From positions 123,602 to 187,601 of the forward strand of contig CAZCST010000014.1 in assembly GCA_964501365.1 (NCBI GenBank): DNA of 64,000 bases, in the 5' to 3' direction. A program made the position numbers and the translations under genes. The notes beneath the pieces are model-generated. The model made no database searches and was not told where the DNA came from. It saw nothing but the letters and a program-made list of their open reading frames with translations. This document shows positions 44,637 through 52,438 of the stretch, piece by piece. The stretch is from an uncultured Phycisphaera sp. Lineage in GTDB: Bacteria; Planctomycetota; Phycisphaerae; UBA1845. Positions within the stretch are counted from its first letter, which is position 1, and the number at the start of each line of letters is the position of its first letter.

Positions 44637-45566
44637 ATGAGAGTCCTTATCACAGGATCAAGCGGACAAATCGGGACAAACCTGGGTCTGGCACTTCTTG
44701 CCCGGGGGGACCAGGTAGTCGGCGTTGATCATCGCGCCAACACGTGGACCGACAAAATCGATACGCAATTGCTTGACCTGACGAAGACCACGCCCGCCGC
44801 TTTGCCTCCCGGACCTTTTGATTTGGTGGTGCATCTCGCCGCAAACGCCAAAGTGTTTGAGCTGGTCGAAAATCCGCAGAAGGCGATGGACAACGTATCC
44901 ATGCTCTTTACCGTTCTTGAATACTGCCGTCAGAATGGCTTTCCGATCATTTTCTCCAGCTCGCGCGAAGTGTATGGCGACATTCATCGTCATGTGACGG
45001 AGGAGGCTGCGGCCGATTTCGTCGTGGCCGAAAGTCCGTACAGCGCCAGCAAGATTGCCGGCGAGGCCTTCATTTACTCCTATGCACAATGCTATGACCT
45101 GCCGTTCCTCGTATTCCGATTCAGCAACGTTTATGGCCGATACGATAACGATATCGATCGACTTGAGCGTGTCATTCCTCTATTCATCGACCGGATCGGC
45201 CGTGGAGAACCGATCGTCGTCTACGGAAAGGACAAGGTGCTCGATTTCACCTATGTCGACGATTGCGTTGCGGGTGTGGTTGCGGGGATTGACGCGCTGC
45301 ACGAACGGCGTGTCACGGGCCAAACGATCAACCTCGCGTTTGGCCACGGCAGCACGCTGATGGACGTCGTGAACATCATCTCTCTGGCCTTGGGCAAAGA
45401 GCCCAACGCGACGTTTCTACCCTCGCGCACGGGCGAAGTGACCCGATACGTCGCGGACATCAGCAAGGCCCGAAAGCACTTGAATTACAACCCGCAGACG
45501 CCGCTCAGCAGCGGCCTGCGCAAATCTGTCCAGTGGTCCCAATCGCACCGATCGAAGAAACCATAA
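44637..45566 (+). CDS. NAD-dependent sugar epimerase/dehydratase (SDR)
   Basis: 'MRVLITGSSGQIGTNLG' is the Rossmann GxxGxxG motif. Catalytic 'YSASK'. Confidence 0.85.
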   Translation: MRVLITGSSGQIGTNLGLALLARGDQVVGVDHRANTWTDKIDTQLLDLTKTTPAALPPGPFDLVVHLAANAKVFELVENPQKAMDNVSMLFTVLEYCRQNGFPIIFSSSREVYGDIHRHVTEEAAADFVVAESPYSASKIAGEAFIYSYAQCYDLPFLVFRFSNVYGRYDNDIDRLERVIPLFIDRIGRGEPIVVYGKDKVLDFTYVDDCVAGVVAGIDALHERRVTGQTINLAFGHGSTLMDVVNIISLALGKEPNATFLPSRTGEVTRYVADISKARKHLNYNPQTPLSSGLRKSVQWSQSHRSKKP

Positions 45567-45572
45567 GCGAAA

Positions 45573-45606
45573 GGGCGTCGCCAGGACCTGATTCCGGACG
45601 ACGCCC
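45573..45606. terminator. Hairpin between convergent epimerase and protease genes
   Basis: GGGCGTCG (45573-45580) and CGACGCCC (45599-45606) form a perfect 8-bp inverted repeat. Confidence 0.5.
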
Positions 45607-45644
45607 CATGCTTTCCTTAATACGAACTTGGAATTTTCAAACCG

Positions 45645-48600
45645 TCAAGGCACAACTTCGATGGCGTTGACGTTTTCGCTTGTGGCGATTCCCAGCGTGC
45701 TGAGATCGAGGACCAATGTAAACGTGCCCGACGTCGTGGTTCCCAGCGAAGTCGGTGTGAATTCAAAGATGTCCTCATCGGCGCCGGACGCACCGGTAAC
45801 CGAGAAACTGCCCAGCGTGGAAAGCAAAATCGTCCCGTCAGCGGTGATTGCCGCGGCGTCCACGTCTTCGTTGGTATTCGTTGAAAGGCCGACATCACTG
45901 CCATCGAAGTACATTCCAAACGATCCCGCCGTAACCGAACCGAGGCTGGTCGCGTTGAAGACAATCAGGTCCTCGTCGTTGCCGCTCAGGCCGGTTACGC
46001 TAAAGGCGTCGAGCGTGGAGATCACAAGCCGGCCGTCGCTGGTCAGGCTGATTGCGTCAATGTCTTCAGCGTCTGTGGTAAGTCCTACGTCGCTGCCGTC
46101 GAAATAGAACACCCATGACCCGGCCGTCGTGCTTCCCAGCGAAGTGGGGATGAAGCGAACGATGTCGGAATCATCGATGCTGGTTCCGCTGGGCCCGCCC
46201 GTCAGGCCCGCCAGGTTTCCCGCGGCGCTGGTTGATATCAGGATGCTTCCATCGGGCAATACCGCCAACCCATCAATCGTAAATGAGCTAAGACCCACGT
46301 CGCTCCCGTCGAAAATAAGCGACCAGGTGCCTGAGCCGGTGTCGTAAGCGACGATGTCCTCATCCTGCACGGTTCCCACGCCCGGCACTGATGTGGAGGT
46401 GGTAAACGTCATCCAAATTTCCTCTCCACCACAAGTATCATTTGATTCATTGCATTGCTGGCCCGCACAGGGGTCGGTTCCGGCCTGACAACCGAGGGTC
46501 ACGCTGCACGTTTCGGTTCCATTGCAGAACAAACCATCGTTGCAAGCTGCGTTGTTTGGCGCGTGATCGCACGCATCAGTGGATTCATTGCAGGAATCCG
46601 TTGTGCATGTGATGCCGTCGTCGCAATTGGGGGCCAATCCCGTCTGGCAAGTACCGCCCGAGCAGATTTCCGCTCCGTTGCAGAACACCCCGTCGTCGCA
46701 CTGTGCATTGACCGTGCAAGCAACGCAGACATCGCCGGCTTCGTCGCAGTCCTGGCCCGGACAAGGATCGCTTCCAGCCTGGCAACCGAGGGTGACGCTG
46801 CATGTTTCCGCGCCGTTGCAGAACAGCCCGTCGCCGCACAAGCTGTTGTTTGGGGCATGGTCGCATGAATCCGTTGCTTCGTTACAGGAGTCGTCAGTGC
46901 AGGCCACGCTGTCGGCGCAATTCGGCGGAGTCCCTGCCTGGCAGCCCAGCGCAACGTTACAGACTTCGGAGCCGTTGCAGAACAATCCATCGCTGCACGC
47001 ACCGTTGTTGGGCGTGTGGTCGCACGAATCCGTTGCCTCATTACAGCTATCTGTCGTGCAGGCTACGCTGTCGGCGCAATTGGGAGGCGTCCCCGCCTGG
47101 CATGTACCGGCGGCGCAAACCTCGGACCCGTTGCAGAACAAGCCATCGCTGCACTGCGGATCCGTCGTGCAGCCGGGATTAGCGAGCTGCAGCGAATTGA
47201 TCACGTCGATCCGTCCGTAGCCAAACGACGTATCGAAGCCCGCCGTGCCCAAATCCACCGCTCCGTTGCGAATATGCTGACGCACTTGCGCCGGCGTGAG
47301 CGACGGATTGACGTCGAGCAGCAAGGCAGCCAAGCCGGCGACATGCGGGGAAGCCTGGCTCGTGCCGCAGAAGCCCACAAGGCCGTTTCCGGCGGCCACG
47401 GTGGAATCATTGGAAAAGATGATGCAGCCGGGCGCGGCTACGTCGATTTTGGAGCTACGGTTACTGAAGCAGCAGCGCTGATTGACCACAGGATTGTTAT
47501 CCGTGCATGAGCTGGTGCAAGTTTGATTGAGGCAGAATCCGAAGGAAGTCTGCGTGGGGAAGTCGCAATTGGGGTAGTTGTCATCATAGATCGCCGCTAC
47601 TGCAATCACATTCGAGCCGCAGGCCGGCGTACTCAAGGAGTTGGCAAAGCCGTTGTTTCCCGCCGCCGCCACGACCACGACACCCGCATTGACCGCATTG
47701 TTGGCGGCCTGGGCCATGGTGTCGGTGTCGCAGGTGCTGGTGAACTGCCCGCCGCCGAGGCTCATATTGATGACATCGGCCTGGCCGCCGGGGAGAGTCG
47801 TCGAGGCACAACGGTTGATACCGGCAATGATGTTGGAGGCGCTGCCGCTTCCGGCCGCGTTGAGGACCTTCACGCCGATCAGGGTTGCGTTGGGGGCAAC
47901 ACCCTGCATGGATTCAGGGCCTGTGGCCGCGCACGCGAAGTCAGCGGTCACAAAACCGCCCAGCACGGTGCCGGATACGTGCGAACCGTGTCCATTGTCG
48001 TCTTCCGGGTTGGCGTCGTTATTGACGAAGTCCCACCCTGCGGCGGCGTCTATGCGACCCGCGTACATAATCGAGTTGGAATCGATGCCGGTATCGATCA
48101 CACAGACGCGCACGCCGGTCCCGTCTGCGGTGATTCCCGCTCCTTGGATTTGAGACTGGTAGGCGCGGATCAAGGGCATACTGTCGTTGTGCTGGATGGT
48201 GACGACGTAGTCATCTTCAACTCTCTCGACGCCGGGCAGGAGCTTCAATGCTGCGACGGCCGCTCGGGGAAGATTTCGAATATTGATGACGTTGGGAAGA
48301 ACGTCGTATTCGTATTGAACGAACGCCCCATATTTGGCGGCAAAAGTCCTTATCTTCGGGCGCTCGGTGCGATCCATGCGCGGTACGAAATGCACGAATA
48401 CGCTGACCCTGTCGCCAAGAGCCGAGACTCCGCCTTCACTCTCGGGAATCTCCGTCTTGATGACTCGGAATTCGTTCCACGGTTCACGAGGGCTGATCGC
48501 AAATCCCGGCAGGCTCTCCAGGGGTTCGGCCGATTCAAGGCTCATGCCGTCCTTGGATTCGGAGCGGGGGGTATCTGCACGTTGAGCCAAGGCCCAGTTG

Positions 48601-48662
48601 CCGGCGAGAAACAACAATCCGGCTGAAAAAGTGATCCATCGTGAGCGAGGAAACAATTTCAT
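45645..48662 (-). CDS. Secreted subtilisin-like (S8) protease with Cys-rich stalk repeats and four C-terminal ~65-aa repeats
   Basis: ATG at 48662 after AAAGGAGAG. Signal peptide, then an I9-like propeptide. Catalytic triad 'VCVIDTGID', 'HGSHVSGT', 'GTSQASPHVAG'. About 4.5 copies of 'CxDGxFCNGxExC..GCQAG..P.C.D...CT.DSCNE.TD.CDH.PNN'. Four copies of 'DEDIV.F..TSLGS.T.G....YFDGSDVGL'. Confidence 0.85.
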   Translation of the reverse strand: MKLFPRSRWITFSAGLLFLAGNWALAQRADTPRSESKDGMSLESAEPLESLPGFAISPREPWNEFRVIKTEIPESEGGVSALGDRVSVFVHFVPRMDRTERPKIRTFAAKYGAFVQYEYDVLPNVINIRNLPRAAVAALKLLPGVERVEDDYVVTIQHNDSMPLIRAYQSQIQGAGITADGTGVRVCVIDTGIDSNSIMYAGRIDAAAGWDFVNNDANPEDDNGHGSHVSGTVLGGFVTADFACAATGPESMQGVAPNATLIGVKVLNAAGSGSASNIIAGINRCASTTLPGGQADVINMSLGGGQFTSTCDTDTMAQAANNAVNAGVVVVAAAGNNGFANSLSTPACGSNVIAVAAIYDDNYPNCDFPTQTSFGFCLNQTCTSSCTDNNPVVNQRCCFSNRSSKIDVAAPGCIIFSNDSTVAAGNGLVGFCGTSQASPHVAGLAALLLDVNPSLTPAQVRQHIRNGAVDLGTAGFDTSFGYGRIDVINSLQLANPGCTTDPQCSDGLFCNGSEVCAAGTCQAGTPPNCADSVACTTDSCNEATDSCDHTPNNGACSDGLFCNGSEVCNVALGCQAGTPPNCADSVACTDDSCNEATDSCDHAPNNSLCGDGLFCNGAETCSVTLGCQAGSDPCPGQDCDEAGDVCVACTVNAQCDDGVFCNGAEICSGGTCQTGLAPNCDDGITCTTDSCNESTDACDHAPNNAACNDGLFCNGTETCSVTLGCQAGTDPCAGQQCNESNDTCGGEEIWMTFTTSTSVPGVGTVQDEDIVAYDTGSGTWSLIFDGSDVGLSSFTIDGLAVLPDGSILISTSAAGNLAGLTGGPSGTSIDDSDIVRFIPTSLGSTTAGSWVFYFDGSDVGLTTDAEDIDAISLTSDGRLVISTLDAFSVTGLSGNDEDLIVFNATSLGSVTAGSFGMYFDGSDVGLSTNTNEDVDAAAITADGTILLSTLGSFSVTGASGADEDIFEFTPTSLGTTTSGTFTLVLDLSTLGIATSENVNAIEVVP

Positions 48663-49025
48663 AGTGGAACTCTCCTTTGTTCGAAAAACCGAAATCCTGA
48701 TGTGCATCCCCGTGTGATGAGGATGGAGTGCGCGGTGTGGGGTATCAATGCGCACTCGACGCGTTCACGAAGTTGCACATACGACGCCTGCAAATGCTCC
48801 GCCATGTTACGAGCGGGGCGGTTTCGGAGTCAATCAAAAAATCGACCGCCTGCGACCTTTTCGCTCCATGATTGGGATACCCTCACAAGGATTAGGCGGA
48901 CCAACACCGCTTCCTGACACGGCGTTTTTGCATTTTCGAGAACTGAATGTCTGCAGGATGGTTCTGATTGCAGGATTTGAACGATACGATTACCGTAATG
49001 GTCTGATTGACAAAGAGGAAAAGCT

Positions 49026-49496
49026 ATGGAAATGCCAAAACCATCGGAGCAACACAAGAAGTATCAGGCGTTCGTAGGGACATGGAAGGGCGATGAAACG
49101 CTGCACCCCATGCCATGGGAGCCCAAACTGGTAAAGGTCACCAGCAAGACGGTCAACCGCCTCGAACTCGACGGATTCTTCCTGTTCATCGATCACGAAC
49201 AGACCCGCGATGGAAAGATCAGCTATCGCGGGCATGGTGTGTACGGCTTCAACCCGATCGAGCAAAAATACACGATGCACTGGTTCGACGTGATGGGTTT
49301 TGACCCTGGTCCGCCCGCGCTGGGCACCTGGGCGGGGAAGACGCTCTGCTTTCAACATTCACACCACAAGGGTCACAGCCGGTACACCTACGAATTCGAG
49401 AGAGATGGGCAATACACGCTCAAGATCGAGATGTCGCAGGATGGAAAGGTGTGGATTCCTTTCCTGACCGGAACGTATGACCGGCTCAACAAATGA
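49026..49496 (+). CDS. DUF1579-like protein
   Basis: 'HKKYQAFVGTWKGDETL...GFFLFIDHEQ...YRGHGVYGFNPIEQKYTMHWFDVMG' resembles the DUF1579 family from memory. Confidence 0.55.
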   Translation: MEMPKPSEQHKKYQAFVGTWKGDETLHPMPWEPKLVKVTSKTVNRLELDGFFLFIDHEQTRDGKISYRGHGVYGFNPIEQKYTMHWFDVMGFDPGPPALGTWAGKTLCFQHSHHKGHSRYTYEFERDGQYTLKIEMSQDGKVWIPFLTGTYDRLNK

Positions 49497-49651
49497 GGTT
49501 TCATCACCTCCCAGCAATTTAACGATGCCCCTTCGGCATGTCTCATTGACGAAATGAGTGACGGCGATTCGCCTTTCCGCATCCTATTCGCTATCTTCCT
49601 CTCACTTGAACGAATGTCGAGGCAGGGACGCTTTGAAGGAGGTTCTGCGCA

Positions 49652-51007
49652 TTGGATGTGCTTGGGGTCGGCAAGCTGCCGTACATGTCGCGGCGGAACT
49701 TCGTTTATGAGTTCATTCACCTTCTCCCCTGGAGCGTGCTGGCCGGAGTCGTGGAAGGCCAGTTCGCCAGCGTCGTTGTATCGAAAACCTTTCATGGCAG
49801 CGGGCTGCTGATCGCCGTTGCCGCGGGCATGCCCTATGCCGCGTACATCTCCAGTCTGTTTTGGGGGATGCTCTGTGTCGGGCGGCCAAAAATCCAACTC
49901 TCCATGCTCGCCGGCGCCGGAACGGCCATCTTCGCGGCGTTGGCGGGAATGTTGCCCGCGTCGGCCAACGGGGCCGTTGTCTTCATCATTCAGATCGCCA
50001 TCGCCCAGCTTTTTCTGGCGGGCGTAGTCACAGTACGGGCCGCGATCTGGCAGGCAAATTATCCGCCGGACGTGCGCGGGCAAATCGCCGCCAAACTCCA
50101 GGGCATCCGATCAGTCATCAGCATATTGGCGGTTCAATCCGCGTCAGCCCTTTGCGATTGGCGGCCGGAGGCCTACCGACTGGTGTATCCAGGAGCGGCG
50201 ATCCTGGGGCTTCTCGGCATAACCTTGCTCAAGCGGGTTCGGATTCGCGGCCAGTGTGCCGAGCTTCGACGATCAAGCAGTTCCGGCATTGATTCCGTTG
50301 CGTCGCACAGACTTCGAGCATATTCGATCGCGAATTTGCTTTCACCGATTCACGCATGGACTCAGATGATGCGAATATTTCGCTCGGATCCGCGATTTAC
50401 ACGCTATTGCGTCGCACAAACACTGCACGGAGCGGCCAACCTGATGACCATTGCAGTGATTGTCGCAGTGATTTCGAGGGAGTTGATCACCAGTGGTTCG
50501 CAGGAGTTCTGGATCAGTTCCGGTTTGATCACTGCGCTGCCGATCCTGGCTTTGTTGGGCAGCCTGCGTCGATGGGGACTTCTCTTTGATTCGCTTGGCG
50601 TGCTGCGCTTCCGGGTCGTAAACGTCATGTGCTGGACTGCTTCGTTGGCCCTCGGTCTGGCCGGCACGATGGCGACCAGATCCGGGGGAGATGCCCATCC
50701 CACCCTTTTCCTGGCAGCGATCGGACTTTTTGCGTTGCGGGCCGTAGTCAATGGCGTGGCGCAGGGAGGTGGAACGCTCGCCTGGAACCTGGGCCACCTT
50801 CACTTCGCTTCGCAGGGAAACGCGGATATTTATATGGGCATCCATGTGTTTCTCGCGGGCGTCCGTGGGCTGATCGCACCCCTGGCCGGCATGTGGCTCT
50901 ACACCTACATCGGATCGTGGATCTGGCTCATAGCCATTGCGATGTCCCTCAGCAGTCTGTCGATTTATCATGATCTGGCAGAGGAAGGGGACCAGCTGGC
51001 CGTCTAA
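49652..51007 (+). CDS. Polytopic membrane protein, MFS-like
   Basis: About 12 hydrophobic segments. TTG start with GGAGG 9 nt upstream; an alternative ATG is at 49685. Confidence 0.5.
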   Translation: MDVLGVGKLPYMSRRNFVYEFIHLLPWSVLAGVVEGQFASVVVSKTFHGSGLLIAVAAGMPYAAYISSLFWGMLCVGRPKIQLSMLAGAGTAIFAALAGMLPASANGAVVFIIQIAIAQLFLAGVVTVRAAIWQANYPPDVRGQIAAKLQGIRSVISILAVQSASALCDWRPEAYRLVYPGAAILGLLGITLLKRVRIRGQCAELRRSSSSGIDSVASHRLRAYSIANLLSPIHAWTQMMRIFRSDPRFTRYCVAQTLHGAANLMTIAVIVAVISRELITSGSQEFWISSGLITALPILALLGSLRRWGLLFDSLGVLRFRVVNVMCWTASLALGLAGTMATRSGGDAHPTLFLAAIGLFALRAVVNGVAQGGGTLAWNLGHLHFASQGNADIYMGIHVFLAGVRGLIAPLAGMWLYTYIGSWIWLIAIAMSLSSLSIYHDLAEEGDQLAV

Positions 51008-51107
51008 CCCGCGAGGGTTCCCGTCGATTAGCGGACTCGTGCCTCTCCCAGACCAACCTTGAATTCAAGCCACACTCAGTCGATATATCAAAACAAGGAG
51101 AATCCTC

Positions 51108-51575
51108 ATGGCTCAAGATTCGCAGCACGTCGACGTGCCACCAGAAAACCGAAACGCCAAGCGCGAGCCCATGCTTGGGGTCACAGCAATGATTCGCAGC
51201 AACGGAGGCATTGTTGTGGAAGGCGTGGTTCAAGACGTTTCCGACGGAGGAATTGGGATTTCGGGTGATGCGGCCGGATTGCAGTCAGGAGACAAGGTCG
51301 AAGTCGTGCTGGTGATTCAGGGCGAAAAAGTTGGATACGTCGGCCTAGTCCGACATATGGACTCTTCGGGCCGGTTTTACGGAATTCAATTTGAATCGGG
51401 CCCGCTCCGCGGCGACTCGAAGCGAGAGAACACCAAGCAATGCAAGGCTTGCAAAAAGGATTCCCCCGACGAGCACAAATTCTGCTTCCGCTGCGGGCAA
51501 CGGCTCGTGGGAGGACAGCACTCCGCGCCAAGAAGCGAGTCAACGCACAAAGTGCTTTCCATCACGCCTTCATGA
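51108..51575 (+). CDS. PilZ-domain protein with C-terminal zinc ribbon
   Basis: AGGAGA RBS. PilZ motifs 'RNAKR' (RxxxR) and 'DVSDGG' (DxSxxG). 'CKACKKDSPDEHKFCFRCGQRL' is a CxxC..CxxC ribbon. Confidence 0.7.
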   Translation: MAQDSQHVDVPPENRNAKREPMLGVTAMIRSNGGIVVEGVVQDVSDGGIGISGDAAGLQSGDKVEVVLVIQGEKVGYVGLVRHMDSSGRFYGIQFESGPLRGDSKRENTKQCKACKKDSPDEHKFCFRCGQRLVGGQHSAPRSESTHKVLSITPS

Positions 51576-52316
51576 TGATCGGATCATTGCCGGCACTCCG
51601 GCGAGCCGCCAGCGCCTGGAATGCCACGCAAAATAAACCCCCAGCCCAATCCCGAAAAGGAGATGCGCAACCAGCGTTATCTTTACGAAGCGCATGGTAA
51701 GTGCGATGTCAAAAAACCTGGCGTACGGCGACATCAACAGGCAAAATTCGATTCCCACGGCCATCACCACAGCCCAGATCCATCCGCCGCAATAATGCCG
51801 CGTCGCCTCGCCGATCATCGCCGCAAACATCACGCCGAAAGTCGCACCATTGCTGAAGTGATATGCCCAGCCGATCAGATGCGCGGCAAGGGAATACACT
51901 GGCTGCTCCAACGGCTGGCCGAGAATCAAGGCTCCAAATCGCGGAAAAACCTTGAAGAGCGGCATCTGAGGAACGCCGATTTTGCCCAATCCCCACGCTT
52001 CAGAAAAGACAAAAGGCAGGCGAAACACATCGTAAACGACCGCACCCACCAGCCCAGCCAGCGTTCCAATCACAACCGCCCGCCACATACGTCGGTCGCC
52101 ACGAAAACGATCGAATAACGCCAGGCCATAAAGGGCAAGCGTGGAAGGAATCAGAATGAAGAATGTAAACGTGCGCATGTCGCACAGGCCGTACATCTCA
52201 GCGAGCAGACACCAGATCGACATGGCGGCGAGCACGAAGACAACGAGACGTCCCGCCGGGCCCCAATGTAGAATGGCCGTCCACCTTGCAAAAACCGTCG
52301 TAGCTTCCTTAGGCAT
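51570..52316 (-). CDS. Hypothetical polytopic membrane protein
   Basis: 248 aa with about 7 hydrophobic helices. Convergent with the PilZ gene, with a 6-bp overlap. Confidence 0.5.
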   Translation of the reverse strand: MPKEATTVFARWTAILHWGPAGRLVVFVLAAMSIWCLLAEMYGLCDMRTFTFFILIPSTLALYGLALFDRFRGDRRMWRAVVIGTLAGLVGAVVYDVFRLPFVFSEAWGLGKIGVPQMPLFKVFPRFGALILGQPLEQPVYSLAAHLIGWAYHFSNGATFGVMFAAMIGEATRHYCGGWIWAVVMAVGIEFCLLMSPYARFFDIALTMRFVKITLVAHLLFGIGLGVYFAWHSRRWRLAGVPAMIRSS

Positions 52317-52370
52317 GATCGTATCGTAGTCAACGAACTGACGGGAACAATGCCTGGGGAAATGTCTCGG

Positions 52371-52412
52371 ATGAAAAAAGAAGCGAGACGGCCCACTAAG
52401 GAACCGCCTCGC
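52371..52412 (-). terminator. Rho-independent terminator of the 929-aa Cys-rich gene
   Basis: On the minus strand, GCGAGGCGG..(loop)..CCGTCTCGC with one mismatch, followed by TTCTTTTTT. Confidence 0.55.
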
Positions 52413-52438
52413 CTCCTAGTACTCACTATTTGCGATGC

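Noticed and set aside
46455-48626. Multiple long ORFs in several frames over the S8 protease gene (for example 47523..48626+, 46579..47220+, 46499..47041-)
   Set aside because: The repetitive, GC-rich Cys-module DNA keeps several frames open. Only the minus-strand frame 45645..48662 has a signal peptide, an S8 catalytic triad and an RBS.
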